This document shows positions 37,646-47,316 of a stretch of 64,000 nt of DNA, in pieces. Under the pieces are notes generated by a model. It was not told the DNA's origin. It did not search any database and saw only the letters and a list, made by a program, of their open reading frames with translations. Source of the stretch: Vulcanimicrobiota bacterium (GTDB lineage Bacteria > Vulcanimicrobiota > Vulcanimicrobiia > Eremiobacterales > Eremiobacteraceae); assembly GCA_963812135.1 (NCBI GenBank), contig CAWETU010000001.1, positions 1,344,001 to 1,408,000 on the forward strand, given 5' to 3'. The position numbers and the translations under genes are program-made. Every line of letters begins with the position of its first letter. The first letter of the stretch is position 1.

Positions 37646-38002
37646 GTGACGGAACAGGCGACGTTCAAAGTCCGCGACGCGGACGGCGTGCCGGCCATCG
37701 ACATACGCGGCGAGGTGGACATCTCGAACTGCGATCAGTTCCGCTCGTTCTTGAAGACGGCCGGCGGGCAAGCGTCGACGGCGATCGTGGTGTCCCTCGA
37801 AAACGTCTCCTATCTGGATAGTCACGCGCTGGCGGCGCTCATCGATTTCAGCAAGCGCCTGGCGACGAACCGCCGGCGCCTCATCCTCGTCGCAAGCCGC
37901 GCGACGCCCGCCGGCAAGATCCTGGGGATCAGCAACTTGGGACTCGCGATCCCCGTCTGCGACTCGATGGATGAGGCGTTGATCAGGGCGAAGAACGGGT
38001 AA
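37646..38002 (+). CDS. STAS anti-sigma factor antagonist
   Basis: GEVDISN...LENVSYLDS. Confidence 0.85.
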   Translation: MTEQATFKVRDADGVPAIDIRGEVDISNCDQFRSFLKTAGGQASTAIVVSLENVSYLDSHALAALIDFSKRLATNRRRLILVASRATPAGKILGISNLGLAIPVCDSMDEALIRAKNG

Positions 38003-38050
38003 AGAAGATCCGGATCGCGCGCCTGCGATCCTCGAACTGGCCGAGCGGTA

Positions 38051-38996
38051 TTACCGGCTCGCGTCCTGAACGTCAGGCGCGCAAAAGCGATCGAGCCGCA
38101 CGCGGCCGGTTCGGGCGAGCAGCGGCTTCCACAGGTCGCCGAGACGGCGCACGCGCGCCGGCACGTTTTTGATCGTGAAGTCCTCGATGCGCGCGCCGCG
38201 CTCGATCTCGCGCCACTGCAGCGGCGTCGACACCGTCGCGTTCGGCGCTGGCCGCACTGAATAGACGCTCGCGAGCGTCCGGCCCCACGCGTTCTGATTG
38301 TAGTCGACCAGCACTCGCCCGCGCGGGACGCTTTGCGACGCGATATTCAGCGGTGATCAGCTTCGGGTAGGCTTTTGCGAGGCTCAACGCGAGCGCTTTC
38401 GCGAACGTCCAGACGTCTTTTTGCACGGGCCCGCGCACGATCGGCACGTACACGTGGATGCCGCGCGAGCCGGTCGTCTTCGCGTAGCAGGGCATCTCGA
38501 GGCGCTCGAGCGCGTCGCGGACGGCGAGCGCCGTCTCGCGCACCGCGTCGAAGCTGGCGCCCGGCACGGGGTCGAGATCGAAGTGGAGATAGTCGGGCCG
38601 GTCGACGTCGTCGCACGTGGCATACCATTGGTTCAGGTCGATGCAGCCGAGATTGACGACCCACATCAGCGCGGCGAGGTCTTGGATCATGGGAAAATCG
38701 ATGATGTTGCCGGACGAATGCGTGATGCGGCATGTCCGCACCCACTCCGGATGCGGCTGCGGAATGCGCTTCATGAAGAAGAACGGCTTACCCACACCGT
38801 TCGGATAGCGCTTCATGACCATCGCGCGGTCGTGCAGGTGCGGCAAGATCGCAGCGGAGACGTCCGCGTAGTACTGCAGCACGTCGCCCTTGGTGATGCG
38901 TTCTTTCGGCCAGAACACTTTGTCCAGATTGGTCAGCTGGACGCTGCGATCGCCGATCTTCAGCGTGCAGTCGCGCGGGTCGCGCGGGATCTTCAT
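38051..38996 (-). CDS. LigD-like primase-polymerase (LigC-associated Prim-Pol); +1 frameshift near 38326
   Basis: LTNLDKVFW, KRYPNG, FDLDP, KTTGSRGIHVY, then VLVDYNQNAWGRTLASVYSVRP in the adjacent frame. Confidence 0.85.
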
Positions 38997-39988
38997 GCGC
39001 GCAGTTGCGCCATGGTGCATTGGCGGGGCTTCTTGTCCGGGCGCCAGCGCACGAGCCGCGTGCCGTGGCGAAAGCGGTCACCGGTGACGTGGTCGAATTC
39101 CACCTCGACCACGAGCGACGGCTTGAGCGGCTCCCACTGCTCGCTGCGCTCGGTGCTCCATCGGCTCGGCCCGCCCGGCGCGTTGCCGGTGAAACCGGGC
39201 GGCTGGATCAGCTTTTCGAGACGCGCGGTCAACGCGCGCCGCTCGGCGTCGCGGATCCCCGACATGAAGCCGACATGGTGGAGCTTGCCGGTGCGGTCGT
39301 ACAGCCCGAGCAGCAACGATCCGACGAGTTTGCTGCTCGACGCGTACCGGAAGCCGCCGACGACGCAATCCGCCGTGCGGCGCCGCTTGATCTTCACCAT
39401 CGCGTCGCGCTTGCCGCTTCGATACGGCTCGTCGAGCAGCTTCGCCACGACGCCGTCGCGCGCGCCGTGCGTGCGCAGCCAGCGCTGCGCCTGCGCCCGG
39501 TCGCGCGTCGCGGGAGACAGCTCGATCAAACCGCCCTTGGAGAATTTCTTTGCGACGGCCTCGAGCCGCGCTCTGCGCTTGGCCAGCGGCCGCTCGTAAA
39601 GATCGCTGTCCGGCGAATCGGCGAGCAGATCGAAGACGATGAAGCAAGCGGGATGCTCGCGTGAAAGCGTCTGGACCCGGCTTTGCGCCGGGTGGATCCG
39701 CTCGAGCAGCTGATCGAAATCAGAGCGATCTTTGTCGAAGATCACGAGCTCGCCGTCGAGGACGCCGGCACGCAGCGGCAACGCGCGCACCGCGGCGATG
39801 ATTTCCGGGAAATAACGATCGAGCGGCTTGCCGGACTTTGAACGCAGATCGACGCGCTCGCCGTCTTTGAAGGCGAGGCAGCGGAAGCCATCCCACTTCG
39901 GCTCGAATTGCCAGCGATCGCCGGCAGGCAAGGCGGATTCTTGCCGCGCCTCGGCGGGCTCGTAGCCCGGACGGATGCGAAGCTTCAT
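38993..39988 (-). CDS. ligC: ATP-dependent DNA ligase, LigC type
   Basis: FEPKWDGFRC, LDGELV, RIHPAQSRV, MVKIK..RTADCVVGGFRY, PGGPSRWS, RFRHGT..RWRPDK. Confidence 0.88.
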   Translation of the reverse strand: MKLRIRPGYEPAEARQESALPAGDRWQFEPKWDGFRCLAFKDGERVDLRSKSGKPLDRYFPEIIAAVRALPLRAGVLDGELVIFDKDRSDFDQLLERIHPAQSRVQTLSREHPACFIVFDLLADSPDSDLYERPLAKRRARLEAVAKKFSKGGLIELSPATRDRAQAQRWLRTHGARDGVVAKLLDEPYRSGKRDAMVKIKRRRTADCVVGGFRYASSSKLVGSLLLGLYDRTGKLHHVGFMSGIRDAERRALTARLEKLIQPPGFTGNAPGGPSRWSTERSEQWEPLKPSLVVEVEFDHVTGDRFRHGTRLVRWRPDKKPRQCTMAQLRA

Positions 39989-40024
39989 CGGGCGACCGTT
40001 GCGCGGTCCCCGCGGCGCGCCCAG

Positions 40025-40228
40025 CTAGGCGAGATCAGCGCGCGTGTAACCCGACCATCGCGTGTTCGTGCGCGACGCGTGACAGCGCCCGCCCGTCACG
40101 GCCGTGAGCGTCTCGCGGCGCGACGCTTGCGTGGTGCTCGAGCGCGTCGCCACCGCGCCCGATCGCACGCCCTCCCGCGCGACCACGCCCAAGACCGCCA
40201 GCCAGGCGATGAAGCTCGATCGTCTCAT
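40025..40228 (-). CDS. 67-aa peptide directly downstream of tldE
   Basis: TAAGGAG RBS overlapping the tldE stop; MRRSSFIAWLAVLG...ETLTAVTGG-RCHASRTNTRWSGYTRADLA. Confidence 0.6.
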   Translation of the reverse strand: MRRSSFIAWLAVLGVVAREGVRSGAVATRSSTTQASRRETLTAVTGGRCHASRTNTRWSGYTRADLA

Positions 40229-40242
40229 GTCTATCCCGCTCC

Positions 40243-41568
40243 TTAGGCGAACGAGGTCTGCGCCGAAAACGCGAACTTCGCGATTTTGGCGACGGGCACC
40301 GCCAGCGTGCCGGGTGTGTCGGCGGATTCAGCGAGGTAAAGCTTGTTGCCGAACTCGCACTCGGCGAGCGCCGACAACATCGAGGTGTAGAAGCGGAAGT
40401 TCTTGAGCGTCTTGGTCAACGCGCCGTTCTCGATCAGATAGACGCCGTCGCGCGTCAAGCCGGTGATGACCACCTCGCGCGGATCGACCAAGCGCGTGTA
40501 CCACGTGCGCGACACGAGGATGCCGCGTTCGACCGACGCGATGAGCTCTTCGCGCGATTTGGTGCCCGGCATGAAGATCGCATTGGTCGGGTAGCCGTCG
40601 TGGCCGGTGTTCGGGATCTTGTATTTGTTCGCGAGATACGTCGAACTGACGAACGCTTTGGGCACGCCGCGCTCCACAAGGCTGACCTTGGCCGTGGGAG
40701 ATCCGTCAGCGCTGAACGGTTGGCCCGCCACCAACGGGTTGCTCCAATCGTCTCGGATCGTCACGTTAGGCGAGAAGAGCTGCTTGCCTATGCGGTCTTT
40801 CATCCACGAGTCCTGGTTCTCGAGCACGGAGCCCGCGTCCATGGCGCCGTACAGGTTGTTCAGGCAGTCGACGAACGCCGGCGGCTCGAGGATCACCGTG
40901 TACGTGCCGGGCGGAAAGTCTGCGGGTGTGCGGCTCACGGTGGCCTTCGACGCGGCCAGCTCGGCGCGCTCGGCCGAGTCCAACGTCGCGTAGTCGCGCG
41001 AGAAGTATTCGGCGAAGCCGCTGGTCTGGGGCGCCATCGCCTTGATCTCGATGCCGCCATACGTCGACTCGAACGCCGCGCGCACGCCGAGCGAATTGAC
41101 GACGGCATACACGCCGTACTGCGTGGTCGTGAACCCGGATGAACTGAGCTGCGAGCGCTGCATGCGGTCGAAAACGGGCAGCAGCTTGCGCACGCGATCG
41201 TCCGCGGTCGCGCTCGCGGTCGAAGCGTACACGCTCTTCACGGGCGCGGCGATCGCCGCTTTGGGCGGTAATGACACGAACTCATGATTGGCGGGCACGC
41301 GGCTCGCGATGTCGGCCGCGCTGGCGACCGCCGCGCGCAGGCCGGTGTCCGTCTGGTCGTTGGTCGTGACGCGCCCGATGCGCTTGTCCTTGACGTACAC
41401 GATGTTGACGTCGACTTCGTAGCCGTTCAGATTCTCCGGCACGTAGTTGCCGGCGAACCTCGCGTAGCTCGCGTCCGTCAAGGTCACGTCCACTTGCGCT
41501 TGGTCGGCGCCGCTGACAAACGCTAAAGTCTTGTCCGCAAGCGCGAGGGCATCCGCTCCGCTACGCAT
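40243..41568 (-). CDS. pmbA: TldE/PmbA family protein
   Basis: PGTYTVILEP, LVERGV, ITGLTRDGVYLIENG..KNFRF; coupled to tldD. Confidence 0.85.
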   Translation of the reverse strand: MRSGADALALADKTLAFVSGADQAQVDVTLTDASYARFAGNYVPENLNGYEVDVNIVYVKDKRIGRVTTNDQTDTGLRAAVASAADIASRVPANHEFVSLPPKAAIAAPVKSVYASTASATADDRVRKLLPVFDRMQRSQLSSSGFTTTQYGVYAVVNSLGVRAAFESTYGGIEIKAMAPQTSGFAEYFSRDYATLDSAERAELAASKATVSRTPADFPPGTYTVILEPPAFVDCLNNLYGAMDAGSVLENQDSWMKDRIGKQLFSPNVTIRDDWSNPLVAGQPFSADGSPTAKVSLVERGVPKAFVSSTYLANKYKIPNTGHDGYPTNAIFMPGTKSREELIASVERGILVSRTWYTRLVDPREVVITGLTRDGVYLIENGALTKTLKNFRFYTSMLSALAECEFGNKLYLAESADTPGTLAVPVAKIAKFAFSAQTSFA

Positions 41569-43021
41569 TGTTGCGCACCCCGACTTGGACGTTTTGGAAG
41601 CGCGCGTGCGAGCACGCGTGCGTGGTGCGGCCGGCTTGCTCGGGCTCGCCCTTGCCGCAATTCGGCGTGCCCCACACGACGAATTCCTCCGGGCCCGCGA
41701 CGCGATCGAGCGATCCCCAGAACTGCGGCGTGATGCCTGTGTAGGTCGGCTTGCGGTAGATCTTGCCGCGCTTGCCGTTCTTGACTTCCCACGCGATCTG
41801 CGGGCCGAACTGGAAATTGAGCCGGTGATCGTCGATCGACCACGAGTTGATGCCTTCCATGACGACGCCGCTCGAGGTATCGGCGATGATCGACTCGAGC
41901 GTGCCGGTACCGGGCGCCAAGACGATATTGGTCATGCGCACGATCGGGATGCTCGCCCAGTCCTGCGCTCGCGACGATGCGGTCTGCGGCAGCGAGGTCT
42001 GCGCAGCCGTGTCACGCGAGGACAGGAACGCGCGCAAAATGCCCTGCTCGATCAGCGCGACGCGTTCCGGCTTGACGCCCTCGTCGTCCCAGCCGACCGT
42101 CGCCATGCCGGATTCGAGCGTGTTGTCGGCATAGAGAGTGAGGTGCTCGCTGCCATAGCGCAGCGAGCCGACCTTGTCGGGCGTCGCCCACGAGATGCCC
42201 GAGAAATTCGCTTCCCAACCGAGGCTACGATCCAGTTCGAGCGGATGGCCGATTGATTCGTGCATCTGCAGATTCAACACGTTGCCATGCAGGATGAGCG
42301 CGGTCGTCATCGTCGGCAGCAACGGCGCATCGAGCAGCTGCACCGCTTCGGTGCCGTATCGATTCGCATTGGCGATGAGGTCCGCGCGCTCGACGACCTC
42401 GTAGCCCCCGCCTTGGAAGAGGCCGAAGTCGCCCGGTCCCCCGCGTTCTGCCGGATCGCCGTCAGGGCCGATCGCGGTGGCGCCGGCGCCGGCGCCGGCT
42501 TGGTGGATGTGCTGCACGATCGCGCTGCCGTTGGTGGAGTAGAACTCTTTGTCCGTGATCCAAAACGTCATGTAGGCGCGCCCGGCGATCACGCGCTTGT
42601 CGACGTGCGCCGCCTTTTCGGCCGCGATGAGGTGCTCGGCGCGCTTCGAAAGCGGCACGCTATCGGGATCGGTGACGTTGGGCGTCGACCACTCGCCGAC
42701 ATATTTCTCCGGCGGCTTGACGCCTTTGATGCGGTTGGCGACGAGCGTGCTCGACTTGGCGATTGCGACCGATAGCGCAGCGGCCTCGTCAAAGCCGGCC
42801 TTGTCGAAGCGGTCGCTGCCGGCGAAACCCCAACTGCCGTCGACGAGCGAGCGGATGGCATACCCGAGACTTGATGTGTCGGAAACGGCGCGAACCACGC
42901 CGTTGCGCACCGCCATGCGTTGCTGCCGGATGCGCCAGAATTGGACGTCGGCGTAATCGGCGCCGGCGGCGGCCGCCGTGTCGAGGATCTGCGCCGCATC
43001 GGGCGCGTGGAGGGTGGGCAT
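41561..43021 (-). CDS. tldD: TldD metalloprotease
   Basis: HESIGHPLELD (HExxxH), PIVRMTN, NCGKG. Confidence 0.9.
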   Translation of the reverse strand: MPTLHAPDAAQILDTAAAAGADYADVQFWRIRQQRMAVRNGVVRAVSDTSSLGYAIRSLVDGSWGFAGSDRFDKAGFDEAAALSVAIAKSSTLVANRIKGVKPPEKYVGEWSTPNVTDPDSVPLSKRAEHLIAAEKAAHVDKRVIAGRAYMTFWITDKEFYSTNGSAIVQHIHQAGAGAGATAIGPDGDPAERGGPGDFGLFQGGGYEVVERADLIANANRYGTEAVQLLDAPLLPTMTTALILHGNVLNLQMHESIGHPLELDRSLGWEANFSGISWATPDKVGSLRYGSEHLTLYADNTLESGMATVGWDDEGVKPERVALIEQGILRAFLSSRDTAAQTSLPQTASSRAQDWASIPIVRMTNIVLAPGTGTLESIIADTSSGVVMEGINSWSIDDHRLNFQFGPQIAWEVKNGKRGKIYRKPTYTGITPQFWGSLDRVAGPEEFVVWGTPNCGKGEPEQAGRTTHACSHARFQNVQVGVRNNA

Positions 43022-43078
43022 GGGTCAGTCTTCCAAATGGATGAGGGTGTCGCCGTGTTTGTGGGGCCATCGCTTCGA

Positions 43079-44299
43079 GTGAACGGGCGCATTCTCATCG
43101 TGGGGGCGGGTCCCGGCGGTCTCACGCTTGGGCTCCTGTTGGCGCGCGCTGGAATGAGCGTCAGCGTGTTCGAGCAGGGCGCGACCTTCGAGCGAGAATT
43201 CCGGGGCGACAGCCTGCTGCCCGGGGGGTTGCGCGTCTTGGAGGATCTCGGTTTGCGCGCTCGCCTACGCGATGTCGAGCACGCGTTCCCGAGCGCCCTG
43301 CGCCTGCATCTCGGCCGGTCGCGGCCCGCGTTCGAGTCGCCGCCGCTCTGTTTAGCCGACGGCACCCCGATGATCATGACGATTCCGCAAGCGCGGCTGC
43401 TCGAAGCGCTCGCCGCCGCCGCCGCGGGCTTCCCGGGTTTCGCGCTTCACAAAGGGAGCGCCGTTCGCGAGCTGGTCATGGAGGGCGGGCGCGCTATCGG
43501 TGTCAGGCATACGGGCGGGGAGGCGCGGGCGGATCTCGTGATAGGATTCGACGGGCGCTTTTCAGTCACACGCCGCAGCGCCGGCATCGAGCTTGAGACC
43601 TCGCGCGTCGATTTCGACATCGCGTGGTGTTCGATCGAGGACGTTGGACGGCTCTATGACCGGTACGAGGCGTCGGTGCGCGGTGACGAAGTATGTTTTT
43701 GGTCGCCGAACGGCGCGGCGTTACGCGTCGGGTGGCTCTTGCGGAAAGGCGGTTTCGACGGCCTGCGCGCGGCCGGGCTGGAGCGCTTCAAAGAGCGGCT
43801 GTGCACCTCGCTGCCGGAGGATCTGCACGCGCCATTGCGCACCGCATTGCGCTCGTGGGAGGACGTCACGCTGCTGCCGGCCGTGAGCGGCATGGCGCGG
43901 ACCTGGTGGCGACCTGGGTTGCTGCTCTTGGGCGACGCGGCGCACCCGATGTCGCCGGTCGGGGCGCAAGGCATCAATGTCGCGTTGTTCGACGCGGTGA
44001 TCGCGTCGCGACATCTGGTCGCGCTCGCGCGCGCTGACGCGTTCGACCGGCCTGCTGCAGTCGATGCGGCGCTCGCCGCGATCGAAGCCGAGCGACGGCC
44101 GGCGGTGAAGCGCATCGCGCGCATGCAGAACGTCCTGCCGCGCCTGATGTTGGCGATCGGCCCGGAACGCGCGCTGCGGCTCGCCGTGGCCGTCATGCGA
44201 CCGTTCGTCCGGAGCCGCTATCGGCCGAGGTTCATCCGCGCGCAGGTCGAGCGTTTCGCATGGGGCGATCCACCGGTTCGGGTAGACGAGCGCTCGTAA
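43079..44299 (+). CDS. FAD-dependent monooxygenase/oxidoreductase (FAD_binding_3)
   Basis: ILIVGAGPGG, GFDGRFS, LLGDAAHPMSPVGAQGIN.A..DA. Confidence 0.88.
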   Translation: MNGRILIVGAGPGGLTLGLLLARAGMSVSVFEQGATFEREFRGDSLLPGGLRVLEDLGLRARLRDVEHAFPSALRLHLGRSRPAFESPPLCLADGTPMIMTIPQARLLEALAAAAAGFPGFALHKGSAVRELVMEGGRAIGVRHTGGEARADLVIGFDGRFSVTRRSAGIELETSRVDFDIAWCSIEDVGRLYDRYEASVRGDEVCFWSPNGAALRVGWLLRKGGFDGLRAAGLERFKERLCTSLPEDLHAPLRTALRSWEDVTLLPAVSGMARTWWRPGLLLLGDAAHPMSPVGAQGINVALFDAVIASRHLVALARADAFDRPAAVDAALAAIEAERRPAVKRIARMQNVLPRLMLAIGPERALRLAVAVMRPFVRSRYRPRFIRAQVERFAWGDPPVRVDERS

Positions 44300-44429
44300 C
44301 ATTTTGCGGACGACGACGCGCGCAAGAAAATCGCGCCGGCACGCCGAAACGCGAATCATCATTATATATAGAGCGCGAGTTCCGCGCGCAAGGAACGACC
44401 TGCGGCCCGCCGAAGCCGCCCCAGCTCGT

Positions 44430-44503
44430 GGCGACATAGCCAAGTGGTAAGGCAGAGCTCTGCAAAAGCTCCATCGCCGGTTCGACTCCGGCTGTCGCCT
44501 CCA
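44430..44503 (+). tRNA. tRNA-Cys(GCA)
   Basis: GGCGACA/TGTCGCC acceptor stem, U73, encoded CCA; anticodon loop CTGCAAA; GGTTCGACTCC T arm. Confidence 0.95.
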
Positions 44504-46642
44504 AAGCCGTCGGATCACGACTCTGGTGCGGAGCACGCGGCCACGCTCGCAGCGCCTCTGACGTCGCTTGGCGCGCTCAAGCGTTCGACGCTCGATCAAT
44601 TCGAGCGGCTCGGCGTGCGCACCGTCCACGACTTGCTGCGCCACTACCCGTATCGCTACGAAGACTTGCGCTCGCCCGCCACGGTCGCGCAGCTGCGCGA
44701 GTCGCGCGCACTCGAGGGCGAGGTCAACCTGCTCGGCGTGATCCGGCAAGTCAAACACATCCGCTTGCGCGGTCGCGTGCGCGCGAAAACGACCGCGATC
44801 GTGGACGACGGGACCGGGTCGATCACCGCGATCTGGTTCGGGCGGCCATATCTCGGTTCGCAGCTGCGCCCCGGGCAGCGCATCTTCATGCGCGGTCGCG
44901 TCGAGGTCACGCTGGCCGGCGTGCAGATGCTCGTCTCGCGCCATCGGGTCGTGCCCGAAGATGAACCGTATTCAGGCGAACTCGTGCCGATCTACCCGCT
45001 CACCTCCGGGCTGACCAACTACACGGTCCAGCGACTCGTCGCGCGCGCGCTCGCGCGCATGGCGGCCGACAAGACCGCTGATGGCCAGATCGATCCGCTG
45101 CCGCGCGCGCTCAGCACACGGCGCAAGTTCGCCGATGCGCGCTGGTCGCTGCGCGCGATCCATCAGCCCCGTTCGCTGGAAGACGCGGACCTTGCACGGG
45201 CGCGGTTGATCTTCGAGGAGTTCTTCTTGCTCGCGCTCGGGGCCGCGCTGCGCCGCGCCGCTCGCCAGGGAGAGGCATCGCCGGATTTCTCGGCGGTCTC
45301 GTCGCCGGCGGCACGCCGCGCCTTTGACGCGGAGCTGCGTTCGCTTCTGCCTTTCGAGCTGACGGGCGCGCAGGCGCGCGTGATCGGTGAGATCGCCGCA
45401 GATCTGGGCAGGCCGTTTCCGATGAACCGGTTGCTGCAAGGCGACGTCGGGTCGGGCAAGACCGCGGTCGCCGCCGCGGCGGTGCTGCTCGCCGTCCGCG
45501 CAGGCCACCAAGCGGCGTTCATGGCGCCGACCGAAATTCTGGCGGCGCAGCAGTTCAACAGCCTGACGAAACTGATGGCTCCGGCCGGCGTGCGCGTGGC
45601 GATGCTCGTCGGGGCGCTGCGGCGCGCGACGCGCGACGACATCCTCCAGCAGATGCGCGACGGCGAACTCGACGTCGTGGTCGGCACGCACGCGCTCTTG
45701 ACCGAAGACGTGGACTTCGCGCGTCTCGGCCTCGTCGTGATCGACGAGCAGCACCGTTTCGGCGTGATGCAGCGCGCCGCGTTGCGCGCCAAGGGAAAGC
45801 AGGTCACGCCGCACACGCTCGTCATGACGGCGACGCCGATCCCACGCACGCTCGCGCAGACCGTCTATGCCGATCTCGACATCTCGATCATCGACGAGAT
45901 GCCGCCCGGCCGCCGACCGCCCAAGACATTCGTGCGCGAGGTCGGCGCCAAGGATAAGATCTTCGCATTCATCCGCGACCAAGTGGCCGAGGGCCGGCAG
46001 GCGTACGTCGTGTGTCCGGCCATCGACGAGTCCGACCGCGCGATGCACACCGCCGTCAAACAGGCGGAAGAGCTGCGCGCAAGCGCGTTCAAGGGACTGC
46101 GCGTCGGGCTGCTGCACGGCAAACTCGGCGGACCGGACAAAGAGAAGATCATGCGGATGTTCGCGGACGGCTTTCTCCAGATCCTGATCGCGACGACGGT
46201 GGTCGAAGTCGGAGTGGACGTGCCGAACGCCACGGTGATGCTCGTGTTCGACGCGCAGTCGTTCGGCCTCGCGCAGCTTCACCAGCTGCGGGGCCGGGTC
46301 GGGCGAGGCGCGGCCGCCTCCTATTGCATCCTCGTCGCGACCGACGACTCCGAGGAGTCTTCGCGCCTACGCATTCTGGAGAAGACCGATGACGGCTTCA
46401 AGATCGCCGAGGAGGATGCGAAGATCAGAGGCTCTGGCGACCTGTTGGGCACGCGCCAGCACGGCGTCGCCGATTTCAGGCTCGCCCATCTGATACGGGA
46501 TTATCCGGTGTTCTTGGAAGCGAAAAAAGAGGCCGACGCGGTGATCGGCAAGGACCCGCGTCTCGAACAACCCGGCAACGCTCGCCTCGCCGCCTTCTTG
46601 GCCGCGCAGGACGACGCGGTCGCGCTGCGCGCGACTTCCTGA
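44444..46642 (+). CDS. recG: ATP-dependent DNA helicase RecG (true start uncertain; ORF overlaps tRNA-Cys)
   Basis: LLRHYPYRYED, RLLQGDVGSGKT, DEQHRFG, MTATPIPRTL, QLHQLRGRVGRG. Confidence 0.93.
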   Translation: MVRQSSAKAPSPVRLRLSPPKPSDHDSGAEHAATLAAPLTSLGALKRSTLDQFERLGVRTVHDLLRHYPYRYEDLRSPATVAQLRESRALEGEVNLLGVIRQVKHIRLRGRVRAKTTAIVDDGTGSITAIWFGRPYLGSQLRPGQRIFMRGRVEVTLAGVQMLVSRHRVVPEDEPYSGELVPIYPLTSGLTNYTVQRLVARALARMAADKTADGQIDPLPRALSTRRKFADARWSLRAIHQPRSLEDADLARARLIFEEFFLLALGAALRRAARQGEASPDFSAVSSPAARRAFDAELRSLLPFELTGAQARVIGEIAADLGRPFPMNRLLQGDVGSGKTAVAAAAVLLAVRAGHQAAFMAPTEILAAQQFNSLTKLMAPAGVRVAMLVGALRRATRDDILQQMRDGELDVVVGTHALLTEDVDFARLGLVVIDEQHRFGVMQRAALRAKGKQVTPHTLVMTATPIPRTLAQTVYADLDISIIDEMPPGRRPPKTFVREVGAKDKIFAFIRDQVAEGRQAYVVCPAIDESDRAMHTAVKQAEELRASAFKGLRVGLLHGKLGGPDKEKIMRMFADGFLQILIATTVVEVGVDVPNATVMLVFDAQSFGLAQLHQLRGRVGRGAAASYCILVATDDSEESSRLRILEKTDDGFKIAEEDAKIRGSGDLLGTRQHGVADFRLAHLIRDYPVFLEAKKEADAVIGKDPRLEQPGNARLAAFLAAQDDAVALRATS

Positions 46643-46683
46643 TGTCTTAAGGAGGTCGCCCGGCCGCCGTCCAATCCCCGCAT

Positions 46684-47316
46684 ATGCGACTTGCGGGTGG
46701 AAGCCGCGGCAGGATGACCCTCGCCTCTCCGAGAGGCAGCAAGACTCGTCCGACCGGCGCCAAGGTTCGCGAAGCGATGTTCGCCATTTTGGCGCAGCGC
46801 GTCGAGGGCGCGCGCGTGCTCGACCTGTTCGCGGGATCGGGAGCGCTCGGACTTGAGGCGATCTCGCGCGGCGCGGCGTCGGTGGTGTTCGTCGATAACG
46901 ACGCCAACGCGGTCATGATCATCCGCCGCAACGCGGTGCGCGTCGTGCCAGATGGCGATCGCTGGCGCATCATGCCGATGCGCGCGCTGCGCGCCTTGCG
47001 CACGTTGCGCGGGTCGTTCGACATCGCGTTCATCGACCCGCCATACGACCGCGGCGCGTTGGACGAGCTGCGGCTCATGATGCAGAAGTCGCTGCTCAGC
47101 CAAGACGGCATCGCAGTCATCGAGCATTCGAGCACCACCAAACCCGAGCTGCCCGATTCGCTCGAAGTCGTGAAGCGTGCGAAGTACGGCGATACGTCGC
47201 TGACCTTCGCCGTCGCGCGGCGCGCCAAAGGTGTCGCCGCCGATGGCGAGGCGCGTGCGGCGACAGCGCGTGCGCCGCGCGAACGCAAGCGCGCGTCTCG
47301 CGAATCGCGCACATGA
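46684..47316 (+). CDS. rsmD: 16S rRNA m2G966 methyltransferase
   Basis: TRPT..KVREAMF, LDLFAGSGALGLEAISRGA, DPPY, YGDT. Confidence 0.92.
   Translation: MRLAGGSRGRMTLASPRGSKTRPTGAKVREAMFAILAQRVEGARVLDLFAGSGALGLEAISRGAASVVFVDNDANAVMIIRRNAVRVVPDGDRWRIMPMRALRALRTLRGSFDIAFIDPPYDRGALDELRLMMQKSLLSQDGIAVIEHSSTTKPELPDSLEVVKRAKYGDTSLTFAVARRAKGVAADGEARAATARAPRERKRASRESRT

Noticed and set aside
44430..44503. tRNA-Cys as an integration site bounding the accessory region
   Set aside because: No duplicated tRNA 3' end or integrase found, and no compositional break
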